DNA of 64,000 nucleotides from Patescibacteria group bacterium (GTDB taxonomy: Bacteria > Patescibacteriota > Patescibacteriia > UBA9934 > GWF2-40-263). The notes below the pieces were generated by a model, which worked only from the letters and a program-made list of their open reading frames with translations, ran no database searches and was not told the origin of the DNA. The stretch is from the NCBI GenBank assembly GCA_041661745.1, contig JBAZTR010000003.1, forward strand, positions 11,965-75,964, read 5' to 3'. Position numbers and translations under genes: made by a program. The stretch's first letter is position 1. Every line of letters starts with the position of its first letter. Below are positions 28,610 through 37,879 of the stretch, piece by piece.

Positions 28610-31345
28610 TTACTGAGCTAGTTCGGCCAATTCAACGCGAGTCTGCATAATACTCATATCCACTTCGTCACTTGTCGACATGTTGTCGCCAACAGTGAAA
28701 CGGGCAAAAGTGGTTGGTTCGAGATCAATTATGTAGTCTGCCCAATCTGCGCCATACAATGCCTCGGCTGTAGCCTCGCTAGGTACCCAGCGCAGGACAT
28801 TGCCGTCGTCAATGGCATAGGTCTTGGCATCAGATTGAATCTTGACCAGGACTGAGCCAGGTTGTGGCATAATCGGCGAGGCCAGCGGCAATGTTGGCAA
28901 GGTGGCATCGGTCACCCAAATAACAATGTCGAAAGAATCAGCGTAAGAGAAGAAGGAATTAGCGTCCCAGAAAGGATGACGACCTTCGGAATCAATGAAA
29001 TAAACGGTGTTGAAGTAATTGGAGCGAATAAACCAACCTTCACGAACTTCGGAAATTTCTTGGGCTAATCCAGTTACCGGTGACAAACCATTTTCACCGG
29101 AGTTGTTGGCAACCATACGCCCTTCAGAATCGAGTTCGGTATTATCAAGAATTTCTACAACCGCTTCGTCTGTAGTGGACGTGATGTCAAAAGCTTCGGT
29201 TACATCCGTGTCCAAATTCGCCTTACCGGTATCATAAGCTGTGATTTTCACTAATACATCGCTGGCATCAATGTTTGGAACCGACCAGCTATAAGTACCC
29301 AAACTCTTGCTAACGTTATAAGCAATTTGTGTATAGGTCGAACCGTTATCGATTGAATAACCGAGTTCAACTGTATCAATACCGGATCCAGCTGTGGACC
29401 AAGTGATCGTTGCGGTGTCTCCACCGGTTTGATCGGCTAAATCAGTAATGGTAACAGCCGGCTCATTACCGGCTGTCGCGCCGCCACTGCTACCGCTACC
29501 TGAGGAAGAACTAATAAATGTGTTGGTCAAGGCAACAGCTGTATCGGAAGCAATATTATAGGAAGTGGTTCCTCCTTCTTCAACCACGAACGAAGTGATA
29601 TCTGTTACACCGGCATAAGAAGAGGTGATATTCGCTAAAATAATCGTTCCAGTTGTTCCGGTGGTACCAGCAGTAACATCACAAGTTAAAACCTGGGCAG
29701 CATCATCACATTCAATGGTTGCGCCGCCGTCATCGTCAAAAGTTCCAGTGGCTGTTTCGGAAAGTCCTGTTATATCTATAAAAGGCGGGAAGGTGATAAC
29801 AACTTCATCGCCTACATTTAGAGTAAACGGAACAGTCAAAGTAATTGTTGTGGTTCCAACCCGACTTGGGGTTGTGTTATTTAAGAGAACCACTGTAGCG
29901 GCGGCATCGGCGGCCGTGACGTTTGTCAAACCCGTTGTAACGTCATTAGCGATTATATCAGTATCGTTGCCTTCGTCTTGTACTTCAAGAACTGTAATAT
30001 CATCTGTTCCAGCATAATAGAATTTAATACCTGACAAAAGAATATCTTCGGTTCCATCGCCATTTCCCATAACTCCGCCAGCTGTACAGGTTACTTTCTG
30101 TGAACTTGGGACACACGCGGTGAAATCACTAGGTCCTTCAAGAAAGGTCGTTGAGAGATAAGCTGCACCAGATACGTTCACGTAATCCGGAAAGGTGATT
30201 TCAACAGTATCAGCGGCGTCCAAATCGGTCGGCAGGGTCAAGGTAATAGTAGTTGTAACAGCTGTATTACTAACAACTGATGCTGAAAAAACAACAGAGG
30301 CGTTGGCAACTCCGGCAGTCACAGTTGTTACAGCGACTGTCGTATCAAGTGCAATATCATTTGCCGGGGTGTTTTCATCATAAATCTGAAAATCTGTGAT
30401 ATCGGTGGTTCCGGCATATCTCGCGGTAATGCCGGTCATAATAATCGACCCAGAACCAGCACTAACCGTGTCACTTGCACTACAAGTTAAAGTCTGAGTA
30501 GAAGCGGAACAGGAAAAAGTCCCGCCCCCGCCAAAATCTTCTGAGCCAACGGCAACATCGGCAATATTTATATAAGCAGGAATGGTCATTACAACCTTGT
30601 CGTCGGTATCGACAGAAACCGGTAAAGTGAATGACAAGGTCACATCACCAGCAGCACCCACAACAGGATTAGCCAAAACTATTTCAGCGTTGGCCGCAGC
30701 GGCAGCCGTAGCTATTGTTGGAGGTGTGCCAATGGTCGTAAGGTTGTCCGCACCAGTGTCATCAGTCTGAATCACAACGTTGGCAGCGGCTCGAACATAA
30801 TTAGAGTCTTTAACAGCCGCCCAAATTGTGAGAACATCGCCAGAGTCCATTTGTTCAGTAGCCTGAATGGTTATCAAACCTGTATTTACCGCAGCGCTTG
30901 CGGTAAAAGCAATGGCTGTGTTGTCTGTCGCTCCACCATTATCAAGATAAGTTGGCATCCATTCACCAACAGTATCTATGTTAGTTAACGCAGCCTCTTC
31001 GTTTGTATCCCACGTGTTGGCAGGAAACAAATTAGTATTTATTTGAACCGTTATGTTGTTTTCTGCGGCGACAATACCACCAGCACCAATTGTAATAGCA
31101 ATTTTTAGGTAACTTTGTGTCCCTACGGTTACAGTACCAGCAGCACTGGGACCAACATAGGTGGTGTTATAAGCGTCCGTGCTTCCTGTACCTACATCAA
31201 TAGTAGCTGTACCTGCACCGGCCACGGCCTTAACCGTCCTGGTAGGCATTACCTGCCAAGTTCCGATTGTAAGGGCTAGAAGCAAAAAAGCCGCCATCGA
31301 CCATGGCATCACTTTAAAGAGCCCTTTTCCTAAGATTTGCGCCAT
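28610..31345 (-). CDS. Large secreted surface protein with repeated Ig-like domains and a C-terminal conserved domain
   Basis: Signal peptide; three ~140-aa T/D/A-rich repeats (T.T.TLP......D.V.ITFP...C....LTC); C-terminal PGS.LVKIQSDAKTYAI...LYGADW domain. Confidence 0.85.
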   Translation of the reverse strand: MAQILGKGLFKVMPWSMAAFLLLALTIGTWQVMPTRTVKAVAGAGTATIDVGTGSTDAYNTTYVGPSAAGTVTVGTQSYLKIAITIGAGGIVAAENNITVQINTNLFPANTWDTNEEAALTNIDTVGEWMPTYLDNGGATDNTAIAFTASAAVNTGLITIQATEQMDSGDVLTIWAAVKDSNYVRAAANVVIQTDDTGADNLTTIGTPPTIATAAAAANAEIVLANPVVGAAGDVTLSFTLPVSVDTDDKVVMTIPAYINIADVAVGSEDFGGGGTFSCSASTQTLTCSASDTVSAGSGSIIMTGITARYAGTTDITDFQIYDENTPANDIALDTTVAVTTVTAGVANASVVFSASVVSNTAVTTTITLTLPTDLDAADTVEITFPDYVNVSGAAYLSTTFLEGPSDFTACVPSSQKVTCTAGGVMGNGDGTEDILLSGIKFYYAGTDDITVLEVQDEGNDTDIIANDVTTGLTNVTAADAAATVVLLNNTTPSRVGTTTITLTVPFTLNVGDEVVITFPPFIDITGLSETATGTFDDDGGATIECDDAAQVLTCDVTAGTTGTTGTIILANITSSYAGVTDITSFVVEEGGTTSYNIASDTAVALTNTFISSSSGSGSSGGATAGNEPAVTITDLADQTGGDTATITWSTAGSGIDTVELGYSIDNGSTYTQIAYNVSKSLGTYSWSVPNIDASDVLVKITAYDTGKANLDTDVTEAFDITSTTDEAVVEILDNTELDSEGRMVANNSGENGLSPVTGLAQEISEVREGWFIRSNYFNTVYFIDSEGRHPFWDANSFFSYADSFDIVIWVTDATLPTLPLASPIMPQPGSVLVKIQSDAKTYAIDDGNVLRWVPSEATAEALYGADWADYIIDLEPTTFARFTVGDNMSTSDEVDMSIMQTRVELAELAQ

Positions 31346-31471
31346 ATTGGAAAATTATTTTTCTTTTTAAAAGAAAATTATTATTAAATGTTTTAAGTTG
31401 ATATTATTTTATCACAAAAAATCAATGAAATCAAGAGGAAAAACGGCCCTGTGGACAAGTTGTGCGTTTTT

Positions 31472-33928
31472 TTACTCACTTTGCACTTCCCCACCCTCAA
31501 CTGTAGTCGCGGTTTCTTCACCTTCTTCAACCGGTGTCGGGACTTGGGTAGTCAATTGGCCGGACTTTAATTTACTAAGTCTGGTTTGCACCGCCTGATT
31601 GCCCGGATTTAGTTCAGCCACCTTAGCAACCTGATTGATTGCCTCGTTCAATTTTCCGTCAATTTCATACATCGAAGCCAAATACCAGCGAGCATTTGAA
31701 TAGTTCGGAGACAACTCAAGTATTCGCTCTAATTCCTTTTGTGCTGAATCATAATCAGTCAGACGAATATAAAGCATGGACAATTGGAAACCGAGACCAA
31801 CATCCAACGGTTTATAATCGCGAAGCGCGGCCAAACGGGCGGCGGCATCTTTTAACTTGCCTTGGCGTTCCAAAACTGCCGCCAAATAATAGTGGGCCGG
31901 GGCGTAATCCGCCTTCAAAACAATCGATTGGTTAAGGTATTGTTCGGCCGAAACTAAGGAATTTTTTTCCGATTCAACGGCCGAGGCCGCCAATTCCTTA
32001 TTAGTGGAGCTCTTTAAATTACGGGCCCGATCGGATACGGCCAAATAAAGACGAGCTAAACCGGTTGAATAAGCCGGATTATTATCTTCCAATTCCATGG
32101 CTTTTAAGTAAGAAGCGGCGGCAACATCCTCAGCGCCGGTTACCACCGGCATAACATCACGATATACATTACCCCGTTGAACCCAGTTACTGACATTGTT
32201 TGGCGACAAATACGCGGCACGGTCAGCCGAGGTCATGGCCGCCTTAACCAACTGTTGGATAATCGAGGCTTCGTTTGCGTCAATTTTCGATTCATCGGCT
32301 GTGGCTGTGGTTATAGTGTCTTTAGTTCGCAAAAGAAAGGCTTGGCTTAAGTTTCTGTAATAAATATCAGAAAGGCTGTTTAAAGAGACAGCTTCGCCTA
32401 GTTTGGCGGTAATTTGTTCAATGGGCGCGCCGGCGTTATCCAGCTCAACGGCCTTAGCAAAAGCAACTTCCGAAGCATAGCGTTGCCCGGTCACAAACAA
32501 AGTTACGATAACTCCGACCGACACCAAAACAAAAGCAAAGGAAAAGACCAAACCGAGTTTTGGAGAACTGACAAAGCCGGTCTCTTTTATTTTAAGAGCA
32601 ACTTGGCTGGCCAACAATCCGGTCAAAGCCCAAAACAAAAAGGTTAAGGACATGTTAGAGGAATAAAGCAGGTTGGCCAAAATCAAGGTGGCCCAAGAAG
32701 CAAAAAGAACGTAGGTTATTTTCCATTCATCGTGTTCGCGCTCCTTAAGCAAGCGTCCCAAAGCCTTAAGTCCGATCACCAAAACTAACAGTAACCAAAA
32801 GCCTAAACCAACTACACCAAAAGTGGCGAGGGTGGTTAGACCTTGAGATTTGGCACGATCGAAATTGGTGTCCCAAAATATTGTCTGGTTAACCTCGTCC
32901 GGTTTGTACTTGGTATAGTCAAAAGAGAAAGTTCCGGGGCCTGAACCAAAAATTAAAGGCATTGGGCCGTCGGACAAAACTTGTTTGGTTATATCCCAAC
33001 TTGTGCCATAACTTGGACCAATTACCAAAGGAAGATTTAACTTGATTGGACTGGTTAAGAAAAGCAAAAAGATGCTGATCAGGATAATTATCAGAGGAAC
33101 GATAAAACGGTTGGATTTACCGAATTCGTTTTGTTGTAAAAAAACAAAAACCATCACCAAAAGCATACCGAAAATCGCTAGAACCCAAAGAACCCAAAAA
33201 TCAATCGCCACAAGAAGAATTGTAGTAGCCACTGATAAAAAGATAACTAAACCACGCGTCACCGCCCCTTTAATGCCAACTGGAAAAAAATCGTTTCGTT
33301 CTTTTTTACCAACCAACCACATTCCCATGCTAAAAACCATCATAATTGTTAGGAAGACGGTAAAGGAGGTGATTGTCCCAACAGTGTTGGCCCCATGTGC
33401 TGTTAAGAACGGGATAAAACCTAGGCCAAAAATATTCAGCAAGGTAATCAAGGCACTAAGCGAGGTGGCCGATAAAATAGCAAAGAAAATATTTCTTTGA
33501 ACCGTGGTTTCGCCAGCCTTGTTCATCAAAACGTAAAAAATAACCACGGAAACAGCTAGGGTTAAAAAGCTGGTGTATTCCTGCGAGGACTGCCCCACCC
33601 ATGATTGATATCCGGCTAAAGAAAAAATTGAGGAAACCAACCCGCCGAGCAAAAGCAGGGCCGGCAATAAGTTTAACCAACCAGCCCGAAAGGCCAGTTT
33701 TTTTTCCATGACCATTGAACCGAGCCAAGCCAACAGGGCGACAAAAGCCAGAATAACCATCAAGGTTTGTTTGCTGACCTCAAAGGCCTCGTTAGTAAAC
33801 GGAAGAAAGAAGATCGGCAAAAAAAAGAAAAGGGCGTAGAGTGACCAACGAATTACCGTCTCGTAGAGACCGGCGTTCGCCAAAGAAACTCTCTTTCTTT
33901 TTCCAACCGAGGTTGAAGCGATATCCAT
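31472..33928 (-). CDS. Multi-pass membrane protein (O-antigen-ligase-like) with C-terminal TPR repeats
   Basis: >10 TM segments, FGSGPGTF; TPR motifs (YAPAHYYLA, PNYSNARWYLA). Confidence 0.85.
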   Translation of the reverse strand: MDIASTSVGKRKRVSLANAGLYETVIRWSLYALFFFLPIFFLPFTNEAFEVSKQTLMVILAFVALLAWLGSMVMEKKLAFRAGWLNLLPALLLLGGLVSSIFSLAGYQSWVGQSSQEYTSFLTLAVSVVIFYVLMNKAGETTVQRNIFFAILSATSLSALITLLNIFGLGFIPFLTAHGANTVGTITSFTVFLTIMMVFSMGMWLVGKKERNDFFPVGIKGAVTRGLVIFLSVATTILLVAIDFWVLWVLAIFGMLLVMVFVFLQQNEFGKSNRFIVPLIIILISIFLLFLTSPIKLNLPLVIGPSYGTSWDITKQVLSDGPMPLIFGSGPGTFSFDYTKYKPDEVNQTIFWDTNFDRAKSQGLTTLATFGVVGLGFWLLLVLVIGLKALGRLLKEREHDEWKITYVLFASWATLILANLLYSSNMSLTFLFWALTGLLASQVALKIKETGFVSSPKLGLVFSFAFVLVSVGVIVTLFVTGQRYASEVAFAKAVELDNAGAPIEQITAKLGEAVSLNSLSDIYYRNLSQAFLLRTKDTITTATADESKIDANEASIIQQLVKAAMTSADRAAYLSPNNVSNWVQRGNVYRDVMPVVTGAEDVAAASYLKAMELEDNNPAYSTGLARLYLAVSDRARNLKSSTNKELAASAVESEKNSLVSAEQYLNQSIVLKADYAPAHYYLAAVLERQGKLKDAAARLAALRDYKPLDVGLGFQLSMLYIRLTDYDSAQKELERILELSPNYSNARWYLASMYEIDGKLNEAINQVAKVAELNPGNQAVQTRLSKLKSGQLTTQVPTPVEEGEETATTVEGGEVQSE

Positions 33929-34072
33929 ATCTAAAGATTAAAAAAATTATTTTTTAATTTAAAAAGAATTAACGTTGTCTATTCTAACGCAAAAAATACC
34001 AAAAGGCAAAAAAACATCCACACACAAAACACCAAGTTTTAAAAAATTACGTAAAACAAAAATCCGACCTGG

Positions 34073-34149
34073 TGGTGGGCGCAAGAGGACTCGAACCTCT
34101 GACCTTCACAATGTCAATGTGACGCTCTAACCAGCTGAGCTATGCGCCC
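34073..34149 (-). tRNA. tRNA-Val(GAC)
   Basis: TCACA-TTGACAT-TGTGA anticodon arm, GGTTCGAGTCC, CCA. Confidence 0.97.
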
Positions 34150-34181
34150 GGCATCAGGCCGGATTTTTTTGGTTTTACACT

Positions 34182-34970
34182 TTACAACGAATCTTGATTT
34201 TGGAAAAGGGCCACGGCATACTCCCAGTACTTCCCTTGCTCACCGGCACACTCGGCCGCTTCGGCGGCATTCTCGGCCTGATCGTGGAAAGAAAGGGGGA
34301 AATCGCGGAGTACCCATCTTACCTTACCGGAATAATCTTTCAAGACCTGTTGCATGGTCGCGTCAAAACCCTGGCAATAAGGACATTGAAAATCAGTGTA
34401 GGTAACAATTGTAATATCGCCTGAACCGGCAATATGATCGCTTTCGGTTACCGCGGCCAAGGTGCCGGAGACATCGGCTGTAGTAGCCGGTGTACCAGAA
34501 ACCGTGTTGCCCAAAGTTTTATCCAACAAGGCTTTCATGGAGGCGTAAGGAACCGCGCCGCCGGTAATCTGTTTAACTGAGCCGTCTTTATTAATTAAAA
34601 ACGAAGACGGTGTTCCTCGGACACCAGCGGCCGAGGCACTAGCCTGATCTGTTTTAATAATCGCCAATTTACTATTAGACGAAAGACAGGCATTGAAGGA
34701 ATCCAAATTAAGTCCGACTTTGGTGGCCAAATCTTTAAAAAGCTGATCCGGAGTAGTGGCCACAACATCAGTATTGGTATTATCAGCCGTTCCACCGGTG
34801 GCAACGACATTGTCGGTGTTGTTGGAACTACCGCCCTGCAAAACATAAACACCCAGACTGATAAAACCAGCCGTGCCAAGAATCAATAAAGAAGCGACGC
34901 AACCGATAATAAACGACTGCCTTGGTGAAAAAGCGTCGAAAAAAGATTTCTTTTGGAAAGGATTGTCCAT
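34182..34970 (-). CDS. Membrane-anchored DsbA-family oxidoreductase, circularly permuted
   Basis: The GVRGTP (cis-Pro) half precedes the DFQCPYC...FPLSFH...AAECAGEQGKYW half. Confidence 0.88.
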   Translation of the reverse strand: MDNPFQKKSFFDAFSPRQSFIIGCVASLLILGTAGFISLGVYVLQGGSSNNTDNVVATGGTADNTNTDVVATTPDQLFKDLATKVGLNLDSFNACLSSNSKLAIIKTDQASASAAGVRGTPSSFLINKDGSVKQITGGAVPYASMKALLDKTLGNTVSGTPATTADVSGTLAAVTESDHIAGSGDITIVTYTDFQCPYCQGFDATMQQVLKDYSGKVRWVLRDFPLSFHDQAENAAEAAECAGEQGKYWEYAVALFQNQDSL

Positions 34971-34982
34971 ATTTTTATTTTT

Positions 34983-35396
34983 TTAATTTTCGTCAGAATT
35001 CAACCCGTCTAATTCTAGCTTTTCTGTGAAGGTTGTCAACCATGTCCGATCCTTAAAAGAGGAGAGCTTAAGAAGAACAAAACCAATAAGAATTAACGAA
35101 GCAAAACCAACAACGGCCGAAATAATAAGTTGGACCCCACCGCAGGAAAGTAAAATAACAAGGCTATCTTGGTCCCGAGGAAAAGCAAAACAATCGCTAG
35201 CCGTTCGTTCCATCCAAGTCGTGCTAACCCACGCCGCGGCTAAAGCACAAAGGGCCGCGGCCAAAGAAAACAAACAGCTGAACCGAACCTTTCGCAAACG
35301 AATAAGACGAAGCAGGGCCACGCAAGCGAAAAAAATGCCACCAATCATCCAATAAAGAAAAAACCAGATCACGGCTAAAGTGGCAAAAAAAATCAT
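34983..35396 (-). CDS. Hypothetical membrane protein
   Basis: 3 TM segments; operon spacing. Confidence 0.65.
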   Translation of the reverse strand: MIFFATLAVIWFFLYWMIGGIFFACVALLRLIRLRKVRFSCLFSLAAALCALAAAWVSTTWMERTASDCFAFPRDQDSLVILLSCGGVQLIISAVVGFASLILIGFVLLKLSSFKDRTWLTTFTEKLELDGLNSDEN

Positions 35397-35575
35397 ACGT
35401 TAAACGCGAAGTTGCCGGTAAAGAGAATGATTATTCCCCAAAGCAGCAGAAAAACCCCGGCCAATATTAAAGCGAGCGATCCGTTTTTTACTTCGTGCGA
35501 ATTGGATTTAGCCCCCCAACGAAAAAGCAAAATCCCAATCGTTGTGATAAGTAAACCAAGAATAACAAAAGGCAT
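35393..35575 (-). CDS. Small two-TM protein
   Basis: 60 aa hydrophobic; overlaps the next start by 4 nt. Confidence 0.55.
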   Translation of the reverse strand: MPFVILGLLITTIGILLFRWGAKSNSHEVKNGSLALILAGVFLLLWGIIILFTGNFAFNV

Positions 35576-35579
35576 AATT

Positions 35580-35656
35580 TGGTGGGCCCACCTGGACTCG
35601 AACCAGGAACCTCCGAGGTATAAGCTCGATGCTCTAACCAGTTGAGCTATAGGCCC
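35580..35656 (-). tRNA. tRNA-Ile(TAT)
   Basis: GGGCCTA acceptor stem, anticodon arm TCGAG-CTTATAC-CTCGG, GGTTCGAGTCC, CCA. Confidence 0.93.
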
Positions 35657-35754
35657 AGTTAATAAATATGGGAAATTACAATCTTTGGGCTAAATCATCT
35701 TATCGGAAAATGACCCTTTTGTGAAGTCTCTTCATCTGGTACTATGAAAACGCT

Positions 35755-36633
35755 ATGAAAAAAGAACGCCTAGACAAGTCTTTGGTTAAAACAAGCGGGT
35801 TGGCCCGCGGTTTAATACAAAAAATGATAAAAAACAGCGAGGTTTTTGTGAACGAAAAACCCATAACCACCCCGCATTTTTCGGTTTTACCGACAGATAA
35901 GATTGAGATAAGAAAACAAAAGGTCACCACAAAAAAATACGTTCCGCCAAAACTCAAGGTTTTTTATGAGGATGGTGATGTAATTGTCTTCGAAAAACCG
36001 GCTGGCATTATGGTGCACGAAGCCCCAGGCAAAAAAGAAGCAACAATTGTCGATGCTTTGGTTAAACACTATCCGTCCATTAAAAAAGTCGGCGACAACC
36101 CCAGCCGTCCGGGTATTGTTCATCGTCTCGACAAACTCGCTTCCGGGGTTATGATCGCGGCCAAGACACAGGCGGCGTTTGATTTTCTAAAAAAACAATT
36201 TTCCGAACACTATGCCAAAAAAGAATATCTGGTTTTGGTTTATGGCATACCAGCCAAAGACATTGGCACAATTTCTTTCCGTTTAGCTCGTTCAAAAAAC
36301 AAGGGCCGAATGGTTGCTCGTCCGGCCGATGGTGAAGGTAAGGAGGCGGTGACCCATTACGAAGTCATTAAAAAAATAAAAAATCTTGCTTACCTCCGCG
36401 TCCAAATTGAAACCGGCCGTACTCATCAAATTCGCGCCCACATGCGCGCCCTTAATTTGCCGGTGGTCGGCGATCCGCTCTACAAAAAAACGCGCATGAA
36501 AAATATTAAACCGCTTTCCCTGCCCCGATTGTTTCTTCATGCTCATAAATTAACTATCCCCCTGCCAAACGGTGAAACTAAAACTTTTGTCTCACCACTA
36601 CCCGAAGAACTGGAAAAAATAATTTCTGAATAA
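35755..36633 (+). CDS. RluA/RluD-family pseudouridine synthase
   Basis: S4 domain, GIVHRLDK, TGRTHQIRAH, VVGDPLY, LHA. Confidence 0.95.
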   Translation: MKKERLDKSLVKTSGLARGLIQKMIKNSEVFVNEKPITTPHFSVLPTDKIEIRKQKVTTKKYVPPKLKVFYEDGDVIVFEKPAGIMVHEAPGKKEATIVDALVKHYPSIKKVGDNPSRPGIVHRLDKLASGVMIAAKTQAAFDFLKKQFSEHYAKKEYLVLVYGIPAKDIGTISFRLARSKNKGRMVARPADGEGKEAVTHYEVIKKIKNLAYLRVQIETGRTHQIRAHMRALNLPVVGDPLYKKTRMKNIKPLSLPRLFLHAHKLTIPLPNGETKTFVSPLPEELEKIISE

Positions 36634-36636
36634 AAT

Positions 36637-37191
36637 ATGGTTATCACCATCGCTGGTTTGCCAGGCTCCGGTAAAACCACTATTGCCAAAATGATTTCCG
36701 AATACTACAAAATTCCGTGGTACTCGATGGGCGACCTGCGCGGTAGAATGGCCATAGACCGTGGCATGATGCTTGATGAATTTAATAAACTGGGTGAGAC
36801 CGAAGCTTTTACCGACAAAGAGGTTGATGATTATCAAACCAAGCTCGGTCAATCCGGCGAGTCGTTTGTTATCGATAGCCGCCTGTCTTGGCACTTTATT
36901 CCCAACGCCTACAAAATCTTTTTAGATGTCGATCCGAGCGTGGCCGCCGAACGTATCATGGGCGCTTCACGGGCCGACCGACAAGACGAAAAACCATACG
37001 CCTCGGTTGAAGAAGCAAAAGCTGCCTTGGCCGAACGGGTGGCTTCGGATGAACGACGTTACCAAAAATACTATAACCTCGATATTCTTGACCTTAGCCC
37101 TTACGACCTGGTTGTCGATACTTCGCACAAAACCCCCGAGGGAATCATGGCTGAAATAAAGGAAAAAGTGGACGCTTGGCATAAATCTTGA
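36637..37191 (+). CDS. cmk: Cytidylate kinase (archaeal-type family)
   Basis: ITIAGLPGSGKTT, VIDSRL, R..SD..RY..YY. Confidence 0.8.
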   Translation: MVITIAGLPGSGKTTIAKMISEYYKIPWYSMGDLRGRMAIDRGMMLDEFNKLGETEAFTDKEVDDYQTKLGQSGESFVIDSRLSWHFIPNAYKIFLDVDPSVAAERIMGASRADRQDEKPYASVEEAKAALAERVASDERRYQKYYNLDILDLSPYDLVVDTSHKTPEGIMAEIKEKVDAWHKS

Positions 37192-37302
37192 CGTTTTTCC
37201 TTAATTCAGCTAAGATAACGCCGCTTTAACATTAATGCTCGCAACGAACGCCTCCCTTATTTTAAAGGGAAATACCGGTCCTCTTGGAGCGAAAATTAAC
37301 AT

Positions 37303-37785
37303 ATGTCCGATGAAGAAAAGAAAGAGCCCGAGGTCGCCGCAGAAACCGCGACCGAAGAAGCTCCGGTGGTTGAACCTACCGTTGAAGAACCAGTAATCGA
37401 AGAAGTCGCCCCGTTAGCCGACGAGGTGGCCGAAAAACTCCCGGGAACAGAAATCAGAATTACTGACGTTAAACCCGGCATGACCATCCGTGTCCACGAA
37501 CGTATCAAAGATCTAAACGCCAAAGGCGAAGAGCGTGAGCGTGTTCAGATCTTTCAAGGTATGGTTATTGGTATCCATGGCGCTGGCGTTTCCAAGACCA
37601 TGACTATCCGTCGCGAACAAAAAGGTTACGGCGTGGAAAAAATATATCCATTAATCAGTCCAACGGTAACTAAAGTAGAATTGGTCAAAACGGCCAAAGT
37701 CCGCCGTGCTAAACTGGCCTATCTGCAAAATCTCCGCAATCGCTTCAAGCGCAAGCTCAAAGAGGAATGGGCCGTGGCTAAATAA
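37303..37785 (+). CDS. rplS: 50S ribosomal protein L19 with acidic N-terminal extension
   Basis: ERVQIFQG, GVEKIYP, KVRRAKLAYL. Confidence 0.97.
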   Translation: MSDEEKKEPEVAAETATEEAPVVEPTVEEPVIEEVAPLADEVAEKLPGTEIRITDVKPGMTIRVHERIKDLNAKGEERERVQIFQGMVIGIHGAGVSKTMTIRREQKGYGVEKIYPLISPTVTKVELVKTAKVRRAKLAYLQNLRNRFKRKLKEEWAVAK

Positions 37786-37791
37786 TATTAC

Positions 37792-37826
37792 AAAACCCCG
37801 CACCTTTGAAAAAAGGTGCGGGGTTT
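37792..37826. terminator. Bidirectional terminator after rplS
   Basis: AAACCCCGCACCTTT-GAAA-AAAGGTGCGGGGTTT. Confidence 0.8.
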
Positions 37827-37879
37827 ATTTTTACCAATTTTATTCCTACCGAAGCCCCATCATATGGGGCGAAGGGGAA

